This document shows, piece by piece, positions 1 to 11,562 of a DNA stretch of 64,000 nucleotides. The stretch lies in the NCBI RefSeq assembly GCF_009914755.1, contig NC_060927.1; one strand, written 5' to 3'. The position numbers and the translations under genes are program-made. Under the pieces are notes generated by a model that saw only the letters and a list, made by a program, of their open reading frames with translations, had not been told where the DNA came from and did no database searches. Origin of the DNA: the human T2T-CHM13v2.0 reference genome, Homo sapiens. Within the stretch, counting starts at the first letter, position 1, and every line of letters starts with the position of its first letter.

Positions 1-24
1 ATTGTCTATCATTACACGAAGAAA

Positions 25-41
25 TCCCGTTTACTACGAAG
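25..41 (-). promoter_or_regulatory. Variant CENP-B box retaining the 9 essential bases (recurs in every HOR copy)
   Basis: + strand TCCCGTTTACTACGAAG = rc CTTCGTAGTAAACGGGA, which fits NTTCGNNNNANNCGGGN. Confidence 0.85.
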
Positions 42-363
42 GCCTCAAGGAGGTCCAAATATCCAGCTGCAGACATTACAAACTGAGTGTTTCCAAAGTG
101 CTCTATGAAAAGAAGTGTTAAACACTGTGAGTTCAATGCACACATCCCAAAGCAGTTTCTGAGAATGATTCCGTCTATTTTTTCTACGAAGATATTTCCT
201 TTTCTGCCGTTGGCCTCAAAGCGCTTGAAATCTCCACTTGCAAATTCCACAAAAAGAGAGTTTCAAATCTGCTCTGTCTAAAGGAAGGTTCAACTCTGTG
301 AGTTGAATACACACCACAAAAAGAAGTTACTGAGAATTCTTCTGTCTAGCATTATATGAAAAA

Positions 364-380
364 TCCCGTTTCCAACGAAG
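364..380 (-). promoter_or_regulatory. Canonical CENP-B box (recurs per HOR)
   Basis: TCCCGTTTCCAACGAAG = rc CTTCGTTGGAAACGGGA. Confidence 0.95.
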
Positions 381-701
381 GCCACAAAGAGGTCCAAATA
401 TCCACTTGCAGATTCTGCAAAAAGAGTGTTTCCAAACTGCTCTATGAAAAGAAACGTTAAACTCTGTGAGTTGAACGCAAACATCACAAAGTAGTTTCTG
501 AGAATGACTCCGTCTAGTTTTTATACGAAGATATTTCCTTTCCTACCATTCACTTCAAAGCGCTTGAAGTCTCCCCCTGAAAATTCCACAAAAAGTGTTT
601 CCAATCTGCTCCGCCTAAAGGAAGCTTCAACTCTGTGAGTTGAATACCCACAACCCAAAGAAGTTACTGAGAATTCTTCTGTCTAGCATTATATGAAGAA
701 A

Positions 702-718
702 TCCCGTTTCCAACGAAG
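702..718 (-). promoter_or_regulatory. Canonical CENP-B box (recurs per HOR; mutated in copies 6, 8, 11 and 19)
   Basis: TCCCGTTTCCAACGAAG. Confidence 0.95.
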
Positions 719-1040
719 GCCTCAAATACATCCAAATATCCAGTTGCTGACTTTACAAACTGAGTGTTTCCAAACTGCTCTATGAAAAGAAAGGTTAAAC
801 ACTGTGAGTTGAACACACACGTACCAAAGTAGTTTCTGAGAATGATTCTGTCTAGTTTGCATACGAAGATATTTCCTTTTCTACCATTGGCCTCAAAGCT
901 CTGAAATCTCCACTTGCAAATTCCACAAAAAGAGAGTTTCAAATCTGCTGTTTCTAAAGGAAAGTTCAACTCTGAGAGTTGAATACACACCAGAAAAAGC
1001 AGTTACTGAGAAGTCTTCTGTCTAGCATTATATGAAGAAA

Positions 1041-1057
1041 TCCCATTTCCAACGAAG
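1041..1057 (-). promoter_or_regulatory. Degenerate CENP-B box, predicted non-binding, fixed in all HOR copies
   Basis: TCCCATTTCCAACGAAG: the essential CGGG has become TGGG on the box strand (CpG transition). Confidence 0.85.
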
Positions 1058-1381
1058 ACTTCAAAGAGGTCCAAATATCCACTTGCAGATTCTGCAAAAA
1101 GAGTGTTTCGAAACAACTGTATGAAAAGAAAGGTTAAACACTGTGAGTTGAACGCACACATTGCAAAGCAGTTTCTGAGAATGATTCCGTCTAATTATTA
1201 TACGAAGGTATTTCCTTTTCTATCATTGGCCTCAAAGCGCTTGATACCTCCACCTGAAAATTCCACAAAAAGAGTGTTTCCAATCTACTCTGTCTAAAGG
1301 AACGTTCAACTCTGTGAGTTGAATACACACACACAGAAAGAATTCACTGAGAATTCTTCTGTCTGGCATTACATGAAGAAA

Positions 1382-1398
1382 TCCCGTTTCCAACGAAG
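1382..1398 (-). promoter_or_regulatory. Canonical CENP-B box (recurs per HOR)
   Basis: TCCCGTTTCCAACGAAG. Confidence 0.95.
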
Positions 1399-1499
1399 GC
1401 CTCAAAGAGGTCCAAATATCCACTTGCAGATTCTGCAAAAAGAGTGTTTCAAAACCGCTCCATTAAAAGGAATGTTGAACTCTGTGAGTTGAATGCAAA

Positions 1500-1850
1500 C
1501 ATCACAACTCAGTTGCTGAGAATGCTTCTGACTAGATTTTATGGTAAGATATTTCCTTTTCTACCGTAGGCTTCAATGCCCTCTAAATACACCCTTGCAA
1601 ATTCTACAAAGAGACTGTTTCATAACTGCTCTATAGGAAGAAAGGTTCAACTCTGTGAGTTGAATGCAGAGATCACAACGTGGTTTCTGCGAATGATTCC
1701 TTGTAGTTTTTACATGAAGATATTTCGTTGTCAACCGTAGGCTTCAAAGCACTCAAAGTATTCACTTGGAACTTTTACAAAAAGAGTGTTAGAAAACTGC
1801 TCTTTCCAAAGTAAGGTTGAACTCTGTGAGTTGAATGCACACATAACAAT
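1500..1850 (-). repeat. Two consecutive divergent box-less (A-type) monomers interrupting the dimeric pattern (in every HOR; boundaries approximate)
   Basis: Box spacing jumps from ~340 to 514 bp (1382 to 1896). The sequence differs visibly from the other monomers (e.g. CTACCGTAGGCTTCAATGCCCTCTAAATACACCC; TATTTCGTTGTCAACCGTAGG). Confidence 0.85.
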
Positions 1851-1895
1851 CAAGAAGTTTCTGAGAATTCTTCTGTCCTGGTTTATATGAAGAAA

Positions 1896-1912
1896 TCCCG
1901 TTTCCAACGAAG
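1896..1912 (-). promoter_or_regulatory. Canonical CENP-B box (recurs per HOR)
   Basis: TCCCGTTTCCAACGAAG. Confidence 0.95.
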
Positions 1913-2233
1913 GCCTCAAAGACGTTTAAATATCCACTTGCAGACTTCACAAACAGAAGGTTTCCAAACTGCTCTATGAAAAGAAAGGTTAAACTCTGTG
2001 AGTTGAACGCACACATCACAAAGTAGCTTCTGAGAATGATACTGTCTAGTTTTTATACGAAGATATTTCCTTTCTACCATTGGCGTCAAAGCGCTAGAAT
2101 TCTCCACTTGCAAATTCCACAAAAAGAGTGTTTCCAATCTGCTCTGTCTAAAGGAAGGTTCAACTCTGTGAGTTGAATACACACACACAAAGAAGCTACT
2201 GAGAATTCTTTTGTCAAGAATTATAAGAAGAAA

Positions 2234-2250
2234 TCCCGTTTCCAACGAAG
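2234..2250 (-). promoter_or_regulatory. Canonical CENP-B box (recurs per HOR; mutated in copy 2, deleted in copy 5)
   Basis: TCCCGTTTCCAACGAAG. Confidence 0.95.
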
Positions 2251-2574
2251 GCCTCAAAGAGTTCCAAATATCCACTTGCACACTGCACAAACTAAGTCTT
2301 TCCAAACTGCTCTATGCAAAGAAATGTTCAACTCTGTGAGTTTAATACACACATCACAAAGCAGTTTCTGAGAATGATACTGTCTAGTTTTTATACGAAG
2401 ATATTTCCTTTTGTACCATTGGCCTCATACTGCTAGAATTTTCCACTTGCAAATTCCACAAAAAGAGTGTTTCCAATCCGCTCTGTCTAAAGGAAGGTTC
2501 AACTCTCTGATTTGAATACATACATCCCAAAAGAAGTTACTGAGAATTCTTCTGTCTAGCATTATGTGAAGAAA

Positions 2575-2591
2575 TCCCGTTTCCAACGAAA
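2575..2591 (-). promoter_or_regulatory. CENP-B box, essential bases intact (recurs per HOR)
   Basis: TCCCGTTTCCAACGAAA = rc TTTCGTTGGAAACGGGA. Confidence 0.92.
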
Positions 2592-5500
2592 GCCTCAAAG
2601 AGGTCCAAATATCCAGTTGCAGAATTTACAAACTGACTGTTTCCAAACTCATCTATGAAAAGAAAGGTTAAACTCTGTGAGTTGAATGCACATATCACAA
2701 AGTAGTTCCTGAGAATGATTCTGTCTAGTTTTTATACGAAGATATTTCCTTTTCCACCAATGGCCTCAAAGTGCTTGAAATCTCCCCTTGCAAATTCCAC
2801 AGACAAGTGTTTCAAATCTGCACTGTCTAAAGGAAGGTTCAACCCTGTGAGTTGAATACACACACACAGAAAAAAATTCACTGAGAATTCTATTGTCTAT
2901 CATTACACGAAGAAATCCCGTTTACTACGAAGGCCTCAAGGAGGTCCAAATATCCAGCTGCAGACATTACAAACTGAGTGTTTCCAAAGTGCTCTATGAA
3001 AAGAAGTGTTAAACACTGTGAGTTCAATGCACACATCCCAAAGCAGTTTCTGAGAATGATTCCGTCTATTTTTTCTACGAAGATATTTCCTTTTCTGCCG
3101 TTGGCCTCAAAGCGCTTGAAATCTCCACTTGCAAATTCCACAAAAAGAGAGTTTCAAATCTGCTCTGTCTAAAGGAAGGTTCAACTCTGTGAGTTGAATA
3201 CACACCACAAAAAGAAGTTACTGAGAATTCTTCTGTCTAGCATTATATGAAAAATCCCGTTTCCAACGAAGGCCACAAAGAGGTCCAAATATCCACTTGC
3301 AGATTCTGCAAAAAGAGTGTTTCCAAACTGCTCTATGAAAAGAAACGTTAAACTCTGTGAGTTGAACGCAAACATCACAAAGTAGTTTCTGAGAATGACT
3401 CCGTCTAGTTTTTATACGAAGATATTTCCTTTCCTACCATTCACTTCAAAGCGCTTGAAGTCTCCCCCTGAAAATTCCACAAAAAGTGTTTCCAATCTGC
3501 TCCGCCTAAAGGAAGCTTCAACTCTGTGAGTTGAATACCCACAACCCAAAGAAGTTACTGAGAATTCTTCTGTCTAGCATTATATGAAGAAATCCCGTTT
3601 CCAACGAAGGCCTCAAATACATCCAAATATCCAGTTGCTGACTTTACAAACTGAGTGTTTCCAAACTGCTCTATGAAAAGAAAGGTTAAACACTGTGAGT
3701 TGAACACACACGTACCAAAGTAGTTTCTGAGAATGATTCTGTCTAGTTTGCATACGAAGATATTTCCTTTTCTACCATTGGCCTCAAAGCTCTGAAATCT
3801 CCACTTGCAAATTCCACAAAAAGAGAGTTTCAACTCTGCTGTTTCTAAAGGAAAGTTCCACTCTGAGAGTTGAATACACACCAGAAAAAGCAGTTACTGA
3901 GAAGTCTTCTGTCTAGCATTATATGAAGAAATCCCATTTCCAACGAAGACTTCAAAGAGGTCCAAATATCCACTTGCAGATTCTGCAAAAAGAGTGTTTC
4001 GAAACAACTGTATGAAAAGAAAGGTTAAACACTGTGAGTTGAACGCACACATTGCAAAGCAGTTTCTGAGAATGATTCCGTCTAATTATTATACGAAGGT
4101 ATTTCCTTTTCTATCATTGGCCTCAAAGCGCTTGATACCTCCACCTGAAAATTCCACAAAAAGAGTGTTTCCAATCTACTCTGTCTAAAGGAACGTTCAA
4201 CTCTGTGAGTTGAATACACACACACAGAAAGAATTCACTGAGAATTCTTCTGTCTGGCATTACATGAAGAAATCCCGTTTCCAACGAAGGCCTCAAAGAG
4301 GTCCAAATATCCACTTGCAGATTCTGCAAAAAGAGTGTTTCAAAACCGCTCCATTAAAAGGAATGTTGAACTCTGTGAGTTGAATGGAAACATCACAACT
4401 CAGTTGCTGAGAATGCTTCTGACTAGATTTTATGGTAAGATATTTCCTTTTCTACCGTAGGCTTCAATGCCCTCTAAATACACCCTTGCAAATTCTACAA
4501 AGAGACTGTTTCATAACTGCTCTATAGGAAGAAAGGTTCAACTCTGTGAGTTGAATGCAGAGATCACAACGTGGTTTCTGCGAATGATTCTTTGTAGTTT
4601 TTACAGGAAGATATTTCGTTGTCAACCGTAGGGTTCAAAGCACTCAAAGTATTCACTTGGAACTTTTACAAAAAGAGTGTTAGAAAACTGCTCTTTCCAA
4701 AGTAAGGTTCAACTCTGTGAGTTGAATGCACACATAACAATCAAGAAGTTTCTGAGAATTCTTCTGTCCTGGTTTATATGAAAAAATCCCGTTTCCAACG
4801 AAGGCCTCAAAGACGTTTAAATATCCACTTGCAGACTTCACAAACAGAGTGTTTCCAAACTGCTCTATGAAAAGAAAGGTTAAACTCTGTGAGTTGAACG
4901 CACACATCACAAAGTAGCTTCTGAGAATGATACTGTCTAGTTTTTATACGAAGATATTTCCTTTCTACCATTGGTGTCAAAGCGCTAGAATTCTCCACTT
5001 GCAAATTCCACAAAAAGAGTGTTTCCAATCTGCTCTGTCTAAAGGAAGGTTCAACTCTGTGAGTTGAATACACACACACAAAGAAGCTACTGAGAATTCT
5101 TTTGTCAAGAATTATAAGAAGAAATCCCATTTCCAACGAAGGCCTCAAAGAGTTCCAAATATCCACTTGCACACTGCACAAACTAAGTCTTTCCAAACTG
5201 CTCTATGCAAAGAAATGTTCAACTCTGTGAGTTTAATACACACATCACAAAGCAGTTTCTGAGAATGATACTGTCTAGTTTTTATACGAAGATATTTCCT
5301 TTTGTACCATTGGCCTCATACTGCTAGAATTTTCCACTTGCAAATTCCACAAAAAGAGTGTTTCCAATCCGCTCTGTCTAAAGGAAGGTTCAACTCTCTG
5401 ATTTGAATACATACATCCCAAAAGAAGTTACTGAGAATTCTTCTGTCTAGCATTATGTGAAGAAATCCCGTTTCCAACGAAAGCCTCAAAGAGGTCCAAA

Positions 5501-8500
5501 TATCCAGTTGCAGAATTTACAAACTGACTGTTTCCAAACTCATCTATGAAAAGAAAGGTTAAACTCTGGGAGTTGAATGCACATATCACAAAGTAGTTCC
5601 TGAGAATGATTCTGTCTAGTTTTTATACGAAGATATTTCCTTTTCCACCAATGGCCTCAAAGTGCTTGAAATCTCCCCTTGCAAATTCCACAGACAAGTG
5701 TTTCAAATCTACACTGTCTAAAGGAAGGTTCAACCCTGTGAGTTGAATACACACACACAGAAAAAAATTCACTGAGAATTCTATTGTCTATCATTACACG
5801 AAGAAATCCCGTTTACTACGAAGGCCTCAAAGAGGTCCAAATATCCAGCTGCAGACATTACAAACTGAGTGTTTCCAAAGTGCTCTATGAAAAGAAGTGT
5901 TAAACACTGTGAGTTCAATGCACACATCCCAAAGCAGTTTCTGAGAATGATTCCGTCTATTTTTTCTACGAAGATATTTACTTTTCTACCGTTGGCCTCA
6001 AAGCGCTTGAAATCTCCACTTGCAAATTCCACAAAAAGAGAGTTTCAAATCTGCTCTGTCTAAAGGAAGGTTCAACTCTGTGAGTTGAATACACACCACA
6101 AAAAGAAGTTACTGAGAATTCTTCCGTCTAGCATTATATGAAAAATCCCGTTTCCAACGAAGGCCACAAAGAGGTCCAAATATCCACTTGCAGATTCTGC
6201 AAAAAGAGTGTTTCCAAACTGCTCTATGAAAAGAAACGTTAAACTCTGTGAGTTGAACGCAAACATCACAAAGTAGTTTCTGAGAATGACTCCGTCTAGT
6301 TTTTATACGAAGATATTTCCTTTCCTACCATTCACTTCAAAGCGCTTGAAGTCTCCCCCTGAAAATTCCACAAAAAGTGTTTCCAATCTGCTCCGCCTAA
6401 AGGAAGCTTCAACTCTGTGAGTTGAATACCCACAACCCAAAGAAGTTACTGAGAATTCTTCTGTCTAGCATTATATGAAGAAATCCCGTTTCCAACGAAG
6501 GCCTCAAATACATCCAAATATCCAGTTGCTGACTTTACAAACTGAGTGTTTCCAAACTGCTCTATGAAAAGAAAGGTTAAACACTGTGAGTTGAACACAC
6601 ACGTACCAAAGTAGTTTCTGAGAATGATTCTGTCTAGTTTGCATACGAAGATATTTCCTTTTCTACCATTGGCCTCAAAGCTCTGAAATCTCCACTTGCA
6701 AATTCCACAAAAAGAGAGTTTCAACTCTGCTGTTTCTAAAGGAAAGTTCAACTCTGAGAGTTGAATACACACCAGAAAAAGCAGTTACTGAGAAGTCTTC
6801 TGTCTAGCATTATATGAAGAAATCCCATTTCCAACGAAGACTTCAAAGAGGTCCAAATATCCACTTGCAGATTCTGCAAAAAGAGTGTTTCGAAACAACT
6901 GTATGAAAAGAAATGTTAAACACTGTGAGTTGAACGCACACATTGCAAAGCAGTTTCTGAGAATGATTCCGTCTAATTATTATACGAAGGTATTTCCTTT
7001 TCTATCATTGGCCTCAAAGCGCTTGATACCTCCACCTGAAAATTCCACAAAAAGAGTGTTTCCAATCTACTCTGTCTAAAGGAACGTTCAACTCTGTGAG
7101 TTGAATACACACACACAGAAAGAATTCACTGAGAATTCTTCTGTCTGGCATTACATGAAGAAATCCCGTTTCCAACGAAGGCCTCAAAGAGGTCCAAATA
7201 TCCACTTGCAGATTCTGCAAAAAGAGTGTTTCAAAACCGCTCCATTAAAAGGAATGTTGAACTCTGTGAGTTGAATGGAAACATCACAACTCAGTTGCTG
7301 AGAATGCTTCTGACTAGATTTTATGGTAAGATATTTCCTTTTCTACCGTAGGCTTCAATGCCCTCTAAATACACCCTTGCAAATTCTACAAAGAGACTGT
7401 TTCATAACTGCTCTATAGGAAGAAAGGTTCAACTCTGTGAGTTGAATGCAGAGATCACAACGTGGTTTCTGCGAATGATTCTTTGTAGTTTTTACAGGAA
7501 GATATTTCGTTGTCAACCGTAGGGTTCAAAGCACTCAAAGTATTCACTTGGAACTTTTACAAAAAGAGTGTTAGAAAACTGCTCTTTCCAAAGTAAGGTT
7601 CAACTCTGTGAGTTGAATGCACACATAACAATCAAGAAGTTTCTGAGAATTCTTCTGTCCTGGTTTATATGAAAAAATCCCGTTTCCAACGAAGGCCTCA
7701 AAGACGTTTAAATATCCACTTGCAGACTTCACAAACAGAGTGTTTCCAAACTGCTCTATGAAAAGAAAGGTTAAACTCTGTGAGTTGAACGCACACATCA
7801 CAAAGTAGCTTCTGAGAATGATACTGTCTAGTTTTTATACGAAGATATTTCCTTTCTACCATTGGTGTCAAAGCGCTAGAATTCTCCACTTGCAAATTCC
7901 ACAAAAAGAGTGTTTCCAATCTGCTCTGTCTAAAGGAAGGTTCAACTCTGTGAGTTGAATACACACACACAAAGAAGCTACTGAGAATTCTTTTGTCAAG
8001 AATTATAAGAAGAAATCCCGTTTCCAACGAAGGCCTCAAAGAGTTCCAAATATCCACTTGCACACTGCACAAACTAAGTCTTTCCAAACTGCTCTATGCA
8101 AAGAAATGTTCAACTCTGTGAGTTTAATACACACATCACAAAGCAGTTTCTGAGAATGATACTGTCTAGTTTTTATACGAAGATATTTCCTTTTGTACCA
8201 TTGGCCTCATACTGCTAGAATTTTCCACTTGCAAATTCCACAAAAAGAGTGTTTCCAATCCGCTCTGTCTAAAGGAAGGTTCAACTCTCTGATTTGAATA
8301 CATACATCCCAAAAGAAGTTACTGAGAATTCTTCTGTCTAGCATTATGTGAAGAAATCCCGTTTCCAACGAAAGCCTCAAAGAGGTCCAAATATCCAGTT
8401 GCAGAATTTACAAACTGACTGTTTCCAAACTCATCTATGAAAAGAAAGGTTAAACTCTGGGAATTGAATGCACATATCACAAAGTAGTTCCTGAGAATGA

Positions 8501-11500
8501 TTCTGTCTAGTTTTTATACGAAGATATTTCCTTTTCCACCAATGGCCTCAAAGTGCTTGAAATCTCCCCTTGCAAATTCCACAGACAAGTGTTTCAAATC
8601 TACACTGTCTAAAGGAAGGTTCAACCCTGTGAGTTGAATACACACACACAGAAAAAAATTCACTGAGAATTCTATTGTCTATCATTACACGAAGAAATCC
8701 CGTTTACTACGAAGGCCTCAAAGAGGTCCAAATATCCAGCTGCAGACATTACAAACTGAGTGTTTCCAAAGTGCTCTATGAAAAGAAGTGTTAAACACTG
8801 TGAGTTCAATGCACACATCCCAAAGCAGTTTCTGAGAATGATTCCGTCTATTTTTTCTACGAAGATATTTACTTTTCTACCGTTGGCCTCAAAGCGCTTG
8901 AAATCTCCACTTGCAAATTCCACAAAAAGAGAGTTTCAAATCTGCTCTGTCTAAAGGAAGGTTCAACTCTGTGAGTTGAATACACACCACAAAAAGAAGT
9001 TACTGAGAATTCTTCTGTCTAGCATTATATGAAAAATCCCGTTTCCAACGAAGGCCACAAAGAGGTCCAAATATCCACTTGCAGATTCTGCAAAAAGAGT
9101 GTTTCCAAACTGCTCTATGAAAAGAAACGTTAAACTCTGTGAGTTGAACGCAAACATCACAAAGTAGTTTCTGAGAATGACTCCGTCTAGTTTTTATACG
9201 AAGATATTTCCTTTCCTACCATTCACTTCAAAGCGCTTGAAGTCTCCCCCTGAAAATTCCACAAAAAGTGTTTCCAATCTGCTCCGCCTAAAGGAAGCTT
9301 CAACTCTGTGAGTTGAATACCCACAACCCAAAGAAGTTACTGAGAATTCTTCTGTCTAGCATTATATGAAGAAATCCCGTTTCCAACGAAGGCCTCAAAT
9401 ACATCCAAATATCCAGTTGCTGACTTTACAAACTGAGTGTTTCCAAACTGCTCTATGAAAAGAAAGGTTAAACACTGTGAGTTGAACACACACGTACCAA
9501 AGTAGTTTCTGAGAATGATTCTGTCTAGTTTGCATACGAAGATATTTCCTTTTCTACCATTGGCCTCAAAGCTCTGAAATCTCCACTTGCAAATTCCACA
9601 AAAAGAGAGTTTCAACTCTGCTGTTTCTAAAGGAAAGTTCAACTCTGAGAGTTGAATACACACCAGAAAAAGCAGTTACTGAGAAGTCTTCTGTCTAGCA
9701 TTATATGAAGAAATCCCATTTCCAACGAAGACTTCAAAGAGGTCCAAATATCCACTTGCAGATTCTGCAAAAAGAGTGTTTCGAAACAACTGTATGAAAA
9801 GAAAGGTTAAACACTGTGAGTTGAACGCACACATTGCAAAGCAGTTTCTGAGAATGATTCCGTCTAATTATTATACGAAGGTATTTCCTTTTCTATCATT
9901 GGCCTCAAAGCGCTTGATACCTCCACCTGAAAATTCCACAAAAAGAGTGTTTCCAATCTACTCTGTCTAAAGGAACGTTCAACTCTGTGAGTTGAATACA
10001 CACACAGAAAGAATTCACTGAGAATTCTTCTGTCTGGCATTACATGAAGAAATCCCGTTTCCAACGAAGGCCTCAAAGAGGTCCAAATATCCACTTGCAG
10101 ATTCTGCAAAAAGAGTGTTTCAAAACCGCTCCATTAAAAGGAATGTTGAACTCTGTGAGTTGAATGGAAACATCACAACTCAGTTGCTGAGAATGCTTCT
10201 GACTAGATTTTATGGTAAGATATTTCCTTTTCTACCGTAGGCTTCAATGCCCTCTAAATACACCCTTGCAAATTCTACAAAGAGACTGTTTCATAACTGC
10301 TCTATAGGAAGAAAGGTTCAACTCTGTGAGTTGAATGCAGAGATCACAACGTGGTTTCTGCGAATGATTCTTTGTAGTTTTTACAGGAAGATATTTCGTT
10401 GTCAACCGTAGGGTTCAAAGCACTCAAAGTATTCACTTGGAACTTTTACAAAAAGAGTGTTAGAAAACTGCTCTTTCCAAAGTAAGGTTCAACTCTGTGA
10501 GTTGAATGCACACATAACAATCAAGAAGTTTCTGAGAATTCTTCTGTCCTGGTTTATATGAAAAAATCCCGTTTCCAACGAAGGCCTCAAAGACGTTTAA
10601 ATATCCACTTGCAGACTTCACAAACAGAGTGTTTCCAAACTGCTCTATGAAAAGAAAGGTTAAACTCTGTGAGTTGAACGCACACATCACAAAGTAGCTT
10701 CTGAGAATGATACTGTCTAGTTTTTATACGAAGATATTTCCTTTCTACCATTGGTGTCAAAGCGCTAGAATTCTCCACTTGCAAATTCCACAAAAAGAGT
10801 GTTTCCAATCTGCTCTGTCTAAAGGAAGGTTCAACTCTGTGAGTTGAATACACACACACAAAGAAGCTACTGAGAATTCTTTTGTCAAGAATTATAAGAA
10901 GAAATCCCGTTTCCAACGAAGGCCTCAAAGAGTTCCAAATATCCACTTGCACACTGCACAAACTAAGTCTTTCCAAACTGCTCTATGCAAAGAAATGTTC
11001 AACTCTGTGAGTTTAATACACACATCACAAAGCAGTTTCTGAGAATGATACTGTCTAGTTTTTATACGAAGATATTTCCTTTTGTACCATTGGCCTCATA
11101 CTGCTAGAATTTTCCACTTGCAAATTCCACAAAAAGAGTGTTTCCAATCCGCTCTGTCTAAAGGAAGGTTCAACTCTCTGATTTGAATACATACATCCCA
11201 AAAGAAGTTACTGAGAATTCTTCTGTCTAGCATTATGTGAAGAAATCCCGTTTCCAACGAAAGCCTCAAAGAGGTCCAAATATCCAGTTGCAGAATTTAC
11301 AAACTGACTGTTTCCAAACTCATCTATGAAAAGAAAGGTTAAACTCTGGGAGTTGAATGCACATATCACAAAGTAGTTCCTGAGAATGATTCTGTCTACT
11401 TTTTATACGAAGATATTTCCTTTTCCACCAATGGCCTCAAAGTGCTTGAAATCTCCCCTTGCAAATTCCACAGACAAGTGTTTCAAATCTACACTGTCTA

Positions 11501-11562
11501 AAGGAAGGTTCAACCCTGTGAGTTGAATACACACACACAGAAAAAAATTCACTGAGAATTCT

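Larger units (their letters stand above)
1..2891 (-). repeat. Representative 17-monomer HOR unit; most likely the human chr3 centromeric array D3Z1 (suprachromosomal family 1-type dimeric structure)
   Basis: 2891/17 = ~170 bp. Box-positive and box-negative monomers alternate with ~340-bp spacing, with EcoRI GAATTC at 334, 671, 1865, 2203, 2544 and 2885. There is a single HindIII AAGCTT per unit at 622-627. From recalled knowledge, D3Z1 is a 17-mer ~2.9-kb HindIII-defined HOR. The chromosome assignment is not database-verified. Confidence 0.85.

Noticed and set aside
1553-1570. pJ-alpha binding motif in A-type monomers (TTCCTTTTCTACCGTAG-like)
   Set aside because: It sits at the expected A-box position but is only an approximate match to the motif as I recall it, so I cannot support a functional call.
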